Shown here: piece by piece, positions 32,645 through 42,800 of the stretch | Layout of the letters: each line of letters starts with the position of its first letter | Position numbering within the stretch: position 1 is the first letter of the stretch | DNA from: an uncultured virus (IMG/VR IMGVR_UViG_3300020475_000546) | Lineage: Duplodnaviria > Heunggongvirae > Uroviricota > Caudoviricetes | Direction: 5' to 3' (one strand) | Length of the DNA: 64,000 bases | Virus record (IMG/VR): IMGVR_UViG_3300020475_000546 | Coordinates: 1-64,000 of that record | Program-made: the position numbers and the translations under genes | Notes under the pieces: generated by a model | What the model saw: the letters and a program-made list of their open reading frames with translations, nothing else | Told to the model about the DNA's origin: nothing | Databases searched by the model: none

Positions 32645-32891
32645 CCTGCATCACCCCTTCAAAGGGCTTGATAGCATCTCTTAAGGTGTTAGTGAAAGGA
32701 TGGTGTTCTATCTGCCTATCTACTATACCTTCTATCTCAACATCGGTGTATTCCAACCCATCTTCAATTGATGATTGCTTCTCGGTTTGTATTAACTTCT
32801 CACGAATCATAGGCATCTTCGATACATAATTTTCCATAGCTACTACTAATTCTTCAGTAGCCTTTGCCAATTCATTAAAAAACGCATCCAC
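32637..32891 (-). CDS. small helical hypothetical protein (neck region)
   Basis: 84 aa; translationally coupled to both neighbours. Confidence 0.6.
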   Translation of the reverse strand: MDAFFNELAKATEELVVAMENYVSKMPMIREKLIQTEKQSSIEDGLEYTDVEIEGIVDRQIEHHPFTNTLRDAIKPFEGVMQGD

Positions 32892-34730
32892 TCAACCACC
32901 CACCCCTGCTACGATAATGGTTTCTTGATAGGGTATTAGCAATCTCTTTGTTTCTTCATCTAACTTTTGGATTTTAGCATCAAGTGAAACATTCTGCGTT
33001 CCTTCTGGGAATAGAGATGTGTAATCGTCAGACATTAGAATATCTCTTACTACTAATTTAGTGCAAACATCCTCAATGACCTTATCCAAATACCTCTCGC
33101 CATAAATGTATGATACTTTCAAGCTATGATTCTCAAAGAAGGGATATTGATTGTTGAACATGATTGCACCGTTATCCTCAATAGACCACCAATCCTTTTG
33201 CCTTTCTTCATCACTAACATCTGTTTTGAATCTGTATTGCTTTATCTTGCCTACAACCGCAGTAGCAGAAGCTCCCGATCCACCACCGCCACTAAAGGTA
33301 ACTGCTATGTTACTATCTGTTGATAGGTAAGCCGAACCTGCATTTGTGATTGTAATACTGGTTACAGACCCATTAGTGACTGTTGCGGTAGCTGCCGCAT
33401 TTACTCCACTACCCCCCGAAATAGAGATAGTTGGTGCAGAACTGTATCCACTACCCCCCTTAACTAGGGTAATATTGCTTAATCCCCCCACATTTGAGGC
33501 GAAACTTGAGGTTAAATCGGTGGTAATTGTTATACTATCATCATCTCTTGAACACAATGCTACATGATTTGCACCATTTAACCCTTCAATGTAATACAAT
33601 CCAGAACCTTGAACCATACCGCTTGCATCGGTTGTAGTAAAGGAAGTAGTAGGCGTTCCTGTTTCTGTTAGAAGATCAACAGCGATTTCGTTACCCTTAT
33701 CGAATGTAAAGCTATTTCTTTGACTAACTGCAATAGTGCTGTTAATACCATCTTCGCCTTCTCTCATACTACTAATGCAAACTACCCCATCACCCTCATC
33801 GCTATTTGCTGTAGCTAAGTATTCGTTTGATACATTCAAAGCCGAACCATTTTGAGTAAGACTTCCAATCTGTATTGCAGCTTTACTGGTATCTGAATCT
33901 TCATTGATTAACGCACCAATTTCTTCAGCTACTGATTTCTTACCAAAATCTCTAACCCATTTAGTAGTAGTTGTAGCAGATGATTGAGCTGCTTGTAGTG
34001 TTCCAACATGAGCTACATTAGGGCATAGGAATATTTTATCGGTATCAGCCATCTTATGCGTCTTATCTACATACAGCTCCATACGACCCGCTGCAAGCTC
34101 ACGATAGTAATCGCCTTGCCAAACACCCATTTTGAGAATCTGCCTAATGCTTCTATGATTTAGATAGACAGCACCTACATAGTCAGTATAGTATCTCCTT
34201 CTATACGGTTTGAAAGTTGTGAAGTTTTTGTATTCATCCACTACAATACGGGGTCGCCAAGCCATTCTTGTAATCGTATCAATGTAATCCTGTCTTTTCT
34301 TGATTAGATTCTCAACGCCCGATTTTGTAATGCCTCTCTCATTACTATCAGTCAATATGCTTGCAGGTTGAACATAGGCATTGTTAGCAGTAGTGAATGA
34401 GTTATTTTGGGATTCTGGTGCTAACAACCATACCAACCCACTTGAACCAGCTGATTGTGTTCCATTCAAAATGTAATCAATACCTTTAGCATTAACATCA
34501 TCATAGACCTTTACAGTATCACCAGAAGCAAAACCCCACCTTCTGAAATCCGCACCTGCAATAGGTATTCGAATAGTAGTGCCTGATATTGATGTATCTC
34601 CACCAAGAGCTACAGGTTCTGTATCAGGTAGCTGAAGGTACTGAACTACCTTAGCTACTGTTGAATAAACCAATGCGTCTGGAAATAACGGTTGGCTTGG
34701 TCTATGGCCGGGATTGAATGTTCTTGGCAT
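32892..34730 (-). CDS. head-tail adaptor protein with insertions
   Basis: Adaptor-like N-terminus (YSTVAKVVQYL; DYIDTIT) and C-terminus (LKVSYIYG...VIEDVCTKLV); located after the capsid genes. Confidence 0.65.
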   Translation of the reverse strand: MPRTFNPGHRPSQPLFPDALVYSTVAKVVQYLQLPDTEPVALGGDTSISGTTIRIPIAGADFRRWGFASGDTVKVYDDVNAKGIDYILNGTQSAGSSGLVWLLAPESQNNSFTTANNAYVQPASILTDSNERGITKSGVENLIKKRQDYIDTITRMAWRPRIVVDEYKNFTTFKPYRRRYYTDYVGAVYLNHRSIRQILKMGVWQGDYYRELAAGRMELYVDKTHKMADTDKIFLCPNVAHVGTLQAAQSSATTTTKWVRDFGKKSVAEEIGALINEDSDTSKAAIQIGSLTQNGSALNVSNEYLATANSDEGDGVVCISSMREGEDGINSTIAVSQRNSFTFDKGNEIAVDLLTETGTPTTSFTTTDASGMVQGSGLYYIEGLNGANHVALCSRDDDSITITTDLTSSFASNVGGLSNITLVKGGSGYSSAPTISISGGSGVNAAATATVTNGSVTSITITNAGSAYLSTDSNIAVTFSGGGGSGASATAVVGKIKQYRFKTDVSDEERQKDWWSIEDNGAIMFNNQYPFFENHSLKVSYIYGERYLDKVIEDVCTKLVVRDILMSDDYTSLFPEGTQNVSLDAKIQKLDEETKRLLIPYQETIIVAGVGG

Positions 34731-34743
34731 CCTTCACCCTCCA

Positions 34744-35088
34744 TCACTCCTTCCATGTACTCGGAACTGATGCGAAGTCACGCCCCGATTCCATAGACCT
34801 TCGCCTTGATTTGCATTTGTTAGCGGGCTTTCTTGGATCTTTACCGCAACGCTCGCCTGTTTCAGCACCACATTGAGGACAGGGTGCAGCTTTAGCAACC
34901 GCCCATGCCTTTTCAAAAGAGCAATCGCACATTTCATCGTCTGCGAACATCAGCTCGTTATCCCCGCCTCTCTTGGGCATACCGCAATCTTCGCAATTAT
35001 CTGTTCCACCCATAGCTTGATTTTTCAAATCCCTCAACGGATCAAAATAATTTGGGCCGAAGAACTTCTTTACATCGTCTTTGCTCAT
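34744..35088 (-). CDS. small Cys-rich protein carrying FEKAWAVAK
   Basis: CxxC pairs; shares the motif seen in the 62-64 kb genes. Confidence 0.6.
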   Translation of the reverse strand: MSKDDVKKFFGPNYFDPLRDLKNQAMGGTDNCEDCGMPKRGGDNELMFADDEMCDCSFEKAWAVAKAAPCPQCGAETGERCGKDPRKPANKCKSRRRSMESGRDFASVPSTWKE

Positions 35089-35390
35089 GAATACTTCCCC
35101 ATATTGTAGTCCATCTTACCGCCACACCCTGCACAGGCGGGAGTCCAACAGAAATGTAGTAGTCCACAGTCGGTGCATCTTGTACCTGCACCTATGTTCT
35201 GAATATCAAATCTTTCTCGGCCTCTAGTTTGAACCCGGACTGAATGAGAGTTTTTCTCCATATTCTTCTTACTGAAGATGGATTCATCGGAACGAGCTGA
35301 ACCAGTAGTCAGCTCAGCAAGACGCTTACCACGCCTCTTCTCTATCTCCAATGCTTCTTGGAGATTTATTTCACCTACTTGAAGTCCCAT
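35085..35390 (-). CDS. zinc-ribbon protein
   Basis: C-terminal CTDC...CAGC. Confidence 0.65.
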   Translation of the reverse strand: MGLQVGEINLQEALEIEKRRGKRLAELTTGSARSDESIFSKKNMEKNSHSVRVQTRGRERFDIQNIGAGTRCTDCGLLHFCWTPACAGCGGKMDYNMGKYS

Positions 35391-35404
35391 AAGGCAAGCC
35401 CCGC

Positions 35405-35728
35405 TTAGGCTCGCCCACCTGTGACCGAGATATATACGGTGAGTGCTGATAGATCCACTCCATTAGCTACTGCTATCAAAGCTCCATCTGCACCTGCATC
35501 GTAGTCTGCATAGTAGGCAAGCAGTTTATTTTCCGATCTGTCATAGGCCCATGCGTATCCACCCAAATCAGATTCAATATGAACCGTATCAATATTAGCC
35601 ACATAATCTGTGAGAATCAATTCCTCACCTGCGGCAAGCCATGACGAATCAGGTGTTATCTTCAAGGCAACCGACAAGCGATTACCACTTACATTTGTTC
35701 TTCCAAGTTGCTCGACAGTTAGTGCCAT
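35405..35728 (-). CDS. putative minor capsid/decoration protein
   Basis: 107 aa, beta-rich, downstream of the MCP; has its own promoter-like motif. Confidence 0.55.
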   Translation of the reverse strand: MALTVEQLGRTNVSGNRLSVALKITPDSSWLAAGEELILTDYVANIDTVHIESDLGGYAWAYDRSENKLLAYYADYDAGADGALIAVANGVDLSALTVYISVTGGRA

Positions 35729-35745
35729 ACAGAACTATTCATGGG

Positions 35746-35759
35746 ACAATCCTATTTAA
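35746..35759 (-). promoter_or_regulatory. putative late promoter TTAAATAGGATTGT
   Basis: TATA-like TTAAATA plus GATTGT, 17 nt before the ATG at 35728. Confidence 0.65.
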
Positions 35760-35768
35760 TGGATTTTG

Positions 35769-35775
35769 AAAAAAA
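35769..35775 (-). terminator. archaeal oligo-T terminator (T7)
   Basis: Run of 7 T on the minus strand just after the stop at 35780 and before the next promoter. Confidence 0.45.
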
Positions 35776-35779
35776 CGGC

Positions 35780-36265
35780 TTATTCGTAAATAATGACCAT
35801 TCTTATTGTTCCGCCTGTGAATGCACCTGCACTCGTAGCTAAAGTGATTTTCAAAGCCCCGCAGACCAAACCATTCCATGATGCAGCTACACTACCCGGA
35901 CTGGTAACGGTGAAATGAACACCTGCTGTATCGGTGTTAGCTCCTTCCGCCACTTGAAAGTGCAAAGGTGTATTACTTGCTGTTCTGAAGTCCAAGCTAC
36001 TTACTGCATTACAGTAAGTGTATTCGGTGCTACCTGAATCCTCAATATCCATTGAAAAAGTCATAGACCCTGATGATGAAGTTACAGAACCATTAGAAGT
36101 AGCTCGGCTTGGATCTAAGACGATTCTTCCAATCTTACCATTGAGCTGTATGGTTTCGGATACACTACTACCCGATAAGTCAAAACTCACAACCCTCCGG
36201 TTGATTCTTTGTCTTGAAGCGTAGCGACCATCGCCATCATCAATGTCCGTGAAATTATCGGTCAC
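35780..36265 (-). CDS. putative virion structural protein (beta-sandwich)
   Basis: 161 aa, Ser/Thr/Gly-rich; in the MCP operon. Confidence 0.55.
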   Translation of the reverse strand: MTDNFTDIDDGDGRYASRQRINRRVVSFDLSGSSVSETIQLNGKIGRIVLDPSRATSNGSVTSSSGSMTFSMDIEDSGSTEYTYCNAVSSLDFRTASNTPLHFQVAEGANTDTAGVHFTVTSPGSVAASWNGLVCGALKITLATSAGAFTGGTIRMVIIYE

Positions 36266-36831
36266 TCAGAAGCCCCCGCTAAATATTGGCGGGCTTTTCC
36301 AGTTAGTGATGCTTTCGTGTCGGTATTAACGGTAGCTATTCCTCTTGAGCCACACCAATTCTGCATCTGCGCCCTTGTCATACCTGCCGAGAATCCAGCT
36401 CCCATTAGCATCTCATCAGTCACATCGTCAGCAGTTAGAGTAGTTTCTTCACTTACTATTTCTGGAACTTCCGGTACTAAGTCCTCACTTGTTACAGTAG
36501 TTGGTTCTTCAACGACTGGCTCAGGTTCGGGTTCGGGTTCTGGTTCGGGTTCGGGTTCGGGTTCAGGTTCAGGAGTTGGCTCAGCTACAGGTTCAGCTTT
36601 CTTGGCTGCATCTTGAAGAGCTTTGATCATCTCTTTGCCTTGTGATTTTGGGGTTGCCCCAGATACGACCCACATTGTAGTGCCGTTAGCAATAGCAGGT
36701 AGTATCTCTTGTTCTATCCACCAATCGGGAATATCATCCCTGCTAACGCCTCTTGCGAAGCCATACCGAACACCATTTATTGATAGCTCGGTGTAAGCCT
36801 TCCCACCTGCATATTTCAAGGTTAGAGCCAC
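36262..36831 (-). CDS. protein with Pro-Glu linker and C-terminal HeH/SAP-like domain
   Basis: (PE)n linker; MTRAQMQNWCGSRGI..DTKASL. Confidence 0.6.
   Translation of the reverse strand: MALTLKYAGGKAYTELSINGVRYGFARGVSRDDIPDWWIEQEILPAIANGTTMWVVSGATPKSQGKEMIKALQDAAKKAEPVAEPTPEPEPEPEPEPEPEPEPEPVVEEPTTVTSEDLVPEVPEIVSEETTLTADDVTDEMLMGAGFSAGMTRAQMQNWCGSRGIATVNTDTKASLTGKARQYLAGASE
36521..36573. repeat. hexamer tandem repeat encoding (PE)n
   Basis: ggttcg/ggttca/ggttct units. Confidence 0.85.
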
Positions 36832-36840
36832 TGGCTCACC

Positions 36841-37209
36841 TCAAGCATACAGCACAGTCATTCTTACGGTATCGGCCGCAGCAGCTGTCCATGAAATGGA
36901 TGTAGTGCTGTTAAGCTCGTAATCGGTAGCCAAAGCCGGACTTGTGCCGGGATTGGTTGCACCAAGGAAAGCCAAGATTCTTGTTCCGCTAACGCCAGTA
37001 ATTCCTGTATCTGTTATGTCGAACTCACAGGCTGCCGTTGATGCTTGAACTAGATCCACTACAAGTAGCTTCAGTCCGTTTTCTGCATCACCAGATGATA
37101 CACCTGCTATTCCATTCAACCATGAGGTTGAACCATCTCTCGTTCCAGCCCATAGTCCTAAATCAAGAACTACTGAGCAGCTTGCTTCTGTTAGATTTGT
37201 GTTTGCCAT
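36841..37209 (-). CDS. putative capsid decoration/cement protein
   Basis: Directly after the MCP; strong GAGGTGA RBS; beta-rich. Confidence 0.55.
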   Translation of the reverse strand: MANTNLTEASCSVVLDLGLWAGTRDGSTSWLNGIAGVSSGDAENGLKLLVVDLVQASTAACEFDITDTGITGVSGTRILAFLGATNPGTSPALATDYELNSTTSISWTAAAADTVRMTVLYA

Positions 37210-37245
37210 TTTCTTGTCACCTCTTTATCTCCATATCCTCAGCAC

Positions 37246-38415
37246 TTATGCGCTCAAGTCCCTCACTTTTCCATGCGCCCCGTAAAACAGTTGCCATAGG
37301 TCGCCCATTGTGTGGAACATTCCCATTTGACCGAGCCTGTTGATTCCGAATGGATCGCCAGTTTCGATACCACTCTCATGATAGAGAGTTGGTTTTGCTG
37401 TGCAGAAGTATAGATAATCAGTATCCATGTAGTAAAGGCGACTTAGACCGCCACCATCTTCGACTACATCTTTAGAAGGAATTAGAGGAACACCGTTGTA
37501 GGTAGCTACGATGAATCCGGCTTCCATACCGGGAACACCCTTTACACCATTCACACCGGGAACTACTCTCTTCATCTCAGTAAATCTTTGCTGAGGCTGG
37601 AGAAGTTGTTGAATCTTCTCAAGAGTATCGTAGCCAGTTAGGATAACCTTTGGCTGACCACCACGCTCCCACACACTTCGGAACATTCCGTCAAGGATGT
37701 TCAAAGTTAGTGGCCTTTGAGCTGATGTAGTACCCGCATCCACATTGGAATCATACCAAGACTGGGAAGAACCATCGTCTGCCCTATCAATGTTGTATTG
37801 CTTGTGGTCGCCCGCAGCTACATCGCTGAAGCTTGTAGTTTCAATGTTGGTTGCTGAAAGACAGCGATCCAATGACTCGAAGTCATTCAAAGTAGTAGAA
37901 CGATTGCTTACATCGCTTAGAAGCATCTTATTGATGACCTCAGCGTGATGCTTAGCCATCTCCATCTTCATAACAGCTCTTGCATCTCCAAGACCGTCAT
38001 CTTTGTCTGCAAGGAACATAGCAGTTTCGCTCAGATCGAATGTGTGAGCTACTGTGCGTGGTTTGTCGCTTACATGAGCAAAGGTAGGCTTGATTGTATC
38101 TGGTAGTGTTCCGTTCTCAGGAAGCCCGCCACCTACTGCACCTGCGTTAGGCTTGGCTGTGACGACTCTCCATCCAGACTTCTCCCATGGCTTCTTTGGC
38201 AGAATTGAAAAGGCGTTGAACTCTTGGTTGAGTTGCGACCATACCTTTCGGCCAAAAATTGCTTGGTAAGTACCTGCTGTGGTACTCATTAGCGGAGAAT
38301 CAGCCTTGAGAAGGTCTGTTCCACTATATGCCCACGCATTATCACCAGCACCTGCACCGTAGTACAGGCGTTCCATATCTTCAATTGTTCTAATGTATCC
38401 TCTTGATCCACTCAT
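37246..38415 (-). CDS. major capsid protein (HK97 fold)
   Basis: About 390 aa after the protease; E-loop (GGLPENGTLPDT), spine helix (MAKHHAEVINKMLL), YNGVPLIPS; start MSGSRG after GAGGTGA. Confidence 0.9.
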   Translation of the reverse strand: MSGSRGYIRTIEDMERLYYGAGAGDNAWAYSGTDLLKADSPLMSTTAGTYQAIFGRKVWSQLNQEFNAFSILPKKPWEKSGWRVVTAKPNAGAVGGGLPENGTLPDTIKPTFAHVSDKPRTVAHTFDLSETAMFLADKDDGLGDARAVMKMEMAKHHAEVINKMLLSDVSNRSTTLNDFESLDRCLSATNIETTSFSDVAAGDHKQYNIDRADDGSSQSWYDSNVDAGTTSAQRPLTLNILDGMFRSVWERGGQPKVILTGYDTLEKIQQLLQPQQRFTEMKRVVPGVNGVKGVPGMEAGFIVATYNGVPLIPSKDVVEDGGGLSRLYYMDTDYLYFCTAKPTLYHESGIETGDPFGINRLGQMGMFHTMGDLWQLFYGAHGKVRDLSA

Positions 38416-38456
38416 TTTTTTCACCTCAATTTTTATCTCCGTATTCTAAGGAACAA

Positions 38457-39797
38457 TCAGTTGCCCCTTACAGCCCTCCGTGCTAAGTCCTCAACGGCTC
38501 TCCAGCCATCAAGGTCTGTACCCATAGCTGCATATTCTTCATGCGTGGGGACTCGAATATCTGTTGGTTGAACAACAGCAGATTTCTGAATCTCGCTGTT
38601 AGTTGTTCTTAGATTTGCGATTTCACTCTTTAGAGCGTCAATTTGCCCTGAGTAATCTTTTGATTTCTGAACCGCCAAAGCTCTTGCTGTTTCAGCATCG
38701 TAGCGGGACTCCCAGTCAGACTTTACCAAGTCTTTGAGAGCTTCTTCATCTCTTAGACTGGCGTATGCCCTGTATCCCTTCTCAAGACCTGCTGGTGTAA
38801 TTTCACCAGATGGCTTGCTTCTGCGGGATTTGATTACATTTCTGTTTCCAGATGGTTTGTTGTAAGCCATGTTGGATACTCCGGGTTGCTTGATAACATA
38901 TTTGTTACCGCCCGGTGCTGCAAGAGATGGATATGAAGGCTCGGAAGCATCTTCTCCGCTACCAATTTCATCGCCCTGACCCCTATGGGTGTGGCCGCTG
39001 TTACCATCTACACCTGCTAAGTATGCCTTTTCAAGTCCGAAATGTCCTCGTAGCTTATCGAGGTCAATTCCTTGCTCATGGGCAAACTTCTCAAGAGTAT
39101 CAATGTATGCTACTGCATCATTGTTCTCAGTTTCTGTCTTTGCTACCGATGATCCATCATCCATGTGTTTTAGCACACGGGCTAGTCCATCTCTTATTTC
39201 AGTCAATGCTTCACTTTCTGTCACTTTTTCACTTCCTTTTACTATTTCAGATTCATCCATCTTTAGGATTGTATATCGAGCTTCAGGATTTATCCCTTTC
39301 TTGCATAGAGTAACCTCATGCAATTCTAGCTCGGTAATCTCACGGTGGCTTCCATGTTCTGGTGTATGTTTTGATACACGGAACAATGCTTGCCCTCCTA
39401 TTGAAAAGGCTCGTAGGTCGCCATCCCTAATTTGGTTCTGCACCTCTCTTGCCTTCTGTATGTCGCTTCGTATCTTACAAACGACAAAGAGGCCGTGATC
39501 ATCCACTTCGGATTTCCACACACGACCTTGTGAATCTTGGTGGTCGGCTACAACCTCTCCAACCTGTATTCCGCTATGAGCAAGCTGGACATTTCTAAAC
39601 GCTTTGTTATCCATGAACTTCTCAAATGCCTTTTTCAAAGCCTCACCGGGAATCCTGTCACCCTGCTTATCTACCATATCTACACTTGCATATCCAGCGA
39701 TGTATAGATCGCCACCAACCTGTGATTTCAGAATGAAATCTGAACCTACTGCACTCCACTTAAGGGAGGGTTGTAACACAGCTTCTGCGGTTGTCAT
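38457..39797 (-). CDS. prohead protease (XkdF/HK97-type) fused to a scaffold domain
   Basis: IAGYASVDMVDKQGD, catalytic His (LAH), FSIGG Ser, EVTLC..GINPEA; C-terminal coiled coil. Confidence 0.9.
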   Translation of the reverse strand: MTTAEAVLQPSLKWSAVGSDFILKSQVGGDLYIAGYASVDMVDKQGDRIPGEALKKAFEKFMDNKAFRNVQLAHSGIQVGEVVADHQDSQGRVWKSEVDDHGLFVVCKIRSDIQKAREVQNQIRDGDLRAFSIGGQALFRVSKHTPEHGSHREITELELHEVTLCKKGINPEARYTILKMDESEIVKGSEKVTESEALTEIRDGLARVLKHMDDGSSVAKTETENNDAVAYIDTLEKFAHEQGIDLDKLRGHFGLEKAYLAGVDGNSGHTHRGQGDEIGSGEDASEPSYPSLAAPGGNKYVIKQPGVSNMAYNKPSGNRNVIKSRRSKPSGEITPAGLEKGYRAYASLRDEEALKDLVKSDWESRYDAETARALAVQKSKDYSGQIDALKSEIANLRTTNSEIQKSAVVQPTDIRVPTHEEYAAMGTDLDGWRAVEDLARRAVRGN

Positions 39798-39858
39798 TGA
39801 CAGACTATCGTTATTCAATGGTATATGAATAGTAGGTTGTCAATACTGACAGGATATT

Positions 39859-42800
39859 TTACACCGAATCCGTGCGAATCGTAGGCTGTGCCTCTAAATC
39901 TGCATTTTTTTCATTTTTTTCTTTGATTGGTATTCTCATAATCACTTTCTCGCCTTCAAACTCAATTTGTGGTTGTTCAACCTCAGAAGAAGGGTCTAAT
40001 TTAAGGTTAGGAATATCTATCTCATCAGCTTCCCTATCTTCATTTTTAGGGTCAGCAAATGTGGTATTGTTTTCGTCAGTTATTTCTGTTGCACCCATAG
40101 GTGCTGTAATGTCTGCTTGCATACCCGACCAAGCTCCACCATCGGATGAAGCTCTATTCATTCGAGGAAATGCAAACTTTTCAACAACAGTAGTATCGGC
40201 TATGTCGTCATCAATAGCTTCATTCAAAGTCCATTTGTTATCTTCCGTTTGCTCAATGCCGTATTCGCCACCAAATCTTAGCAAGTGATCATGTTTCAAA
40301 CCCTCAACCTTCTCTTCTAACTCTTCTGAGCTAAGAGATTCTTCAGCATCATCTATTGCCTCTCTAACATGACCCATCATGTGATGAACACTATCTTCCT
40401 CTTCATCATCAATTATTGCAGGTGCTTTTTCAACAAGCTTACGCTTTTTTCGCTTTGTAGCTACTGAATGAACGGGTTGGTATGTTCCTTCGGTGGTTGA
40501 AGATACCATTCCTGTACCGCCACCCCCGCCATCACCACCACCAGCTCCGCCTTCTTTCAGCAAGAATGCAACAGGTGGTGTCCAAAGGACTTCTTGAGAT
40601 TGAGCTTGTTTTACCAAATGAGGTTGCCCTTCGTAAGTATCAATGTATATTCCATCGTCATCTTTAGCCAACATTACTTTGACTGGAGATAGGATTTCAG
40701 GATATTCCAAGATTACGGTATTTCCTTTGACCATTACTTCTGGTAAAGGAGGGTATATTTTTGATTTAGAAATATCATCGTTGGCGAATAATACCCACTT
40801 GGGGTGCAATTCCTTCTCTTTGATGAATGTAGATGTAGCATCTCGGATTAAGAACTCGCCCCTATCAAAAGAAGCGATTGCCTTTACCAGTCCTTCATCA
40901 TCTGAATTAACACAATTAGAAGGTGCGGGGAAGTGGATATTATCTGTTGAATGGTATAATGTTCTCAAAACATTGATTCTATCTTCTAATGGTTCAAAGG
41001 ATAAGTCCGTTCCTTTATGCACCAACAAATCAACAACATTCAATGTTTCATCATCCAAATACGCATCAAGGGTAAAATCACCTTTCATATCTTTCAAATC
41101 CTTAGATACGGTATTTGGAACACGGGGTTCTATGCTTTTACCCCTTTTCTCAATAAGCATACGCTCACCTGATGGTTTGTGTTGAACAATCCAATCACCG
41201 CTAAATCCTTTCAATGTAGTCAAATCATCTATATCTTTCACCACATGAGCTGGTGTAATGAGCTTCTTACCAAACACGCCCGTTGGCTCATAATCATCAT
41301 CCGATTTATGCAAATCAGTAACGAGAGAAGGATAACCCATGTGATTTGATGTTAGTAATCTAATGTCCTCATCTTTAGTTTGAATAGGTTTCTTGCTATA
41401 TGCAGGGTCTATCATACGAACATGACCCTCATGAGCCGTTCTTTGCATAATTGTAAATGGCTGTTCAGCTAATGAGAAAGTTATCCCGGTAGTCGGATCG
41501 TCAGACCAAATCAATGTAGCGGGCATTCTATGACCCCAAGCATCGGTATTGCCTGTATTGAATATTGGTGGAACAACCCCCATTGATGTAGGGGCAACAG
41601 GGCCTAATGTTCCATCTTGTGATGATAGTTGCCCAGAACTAAGGTCTGCTAAGGGCATTACTGAATGACCACCTGCATCTCCATACTTCATTAGTGAATA
41701 ATTCGCAGCGACCATCAATTGCTGTATGTTGCCTCTTGCTACGGTATTAGCTTCAACATCACTCCAAGCATCTTCACTTAGACTTCCAATCAATACTTCC
41801 GAACCTAATTGCTGATTTACTATACCCGCAAGTCGCATAGCTTCTCTAGTCAAAGCCTTATCAGCTTCTGCAAAGAAAGAATTGTGAAGCTTGTGATAAT
41901 CAGGGTTAGAGTTTGGATGACTCATACCAATAAACTGTGCAAGAGGCGCACCATGCTCTCCAACATTCATCATAGCTCTACCAAATGGTGCAATCATGTA
42001 GGCACTATGCGGTATCTCCATCATTGAGCCTTGAGATTGTATCTCAGAAGGATGCAGATGGTGATGGAATGATGCAGCACCACTCCAATTAGCTCGCTTT
42101 CTTTCAAAATCTAAATCGGACATTGAGTCAGATGATACAACACCAGCTAACTCGCCTTGACCTGCTTCAGTATTAGCAGCCATTGGGAAGTGAGAACCTG
42201 CAATCGAATGCCTACCCATCAAGGGTATTCCGTCAAATAGCATATCTCCAAGCCAAGAACCGTTGAATATCTTTGAGTAGCTTTCAGAAAACATTGTTTT
42301 CAAAGAGCCAATATCTCGACCTACACCACCCCAATATAGGAATGGTTGCCACCAATGGTGATTATGATTAGGTACTATCCCTTCTTCGCTTAGATTCCAA
42401 GGTGAATTGTGATGCCTATCTGGAGCTGAGGCATCAGCCCCTGCTTCAACAGGCCCAGATTTATCAGCAGGTCGCATCCACCATGAAGCCAAAGGCGTGA
42501 ATCTATCTCTCCAATTGCGTAATGCCCTGCCCCATGATACGCCTGTCTTTTCAGCTAACTTGTTGTATATCGTTTTAGCTTCGGGAGAACCATCTTCTGT
42601 TTCTCCTAACCTACTCATCAAATCCATGAATGAGTCACGCTGTTGAGATGTTTGATACTCTAAGCCAAACAAGTAGGATAGCAAACCAAAGTCATTTGTA
42701 AGCTCGGTTTTCTTATTCTCAATGTATCCTTCATCAGAAAGCTCGCCAAAACGACTTCTATCTATGTTGTAAAGGTCTAACATAGATTCAGTAGGATCGC

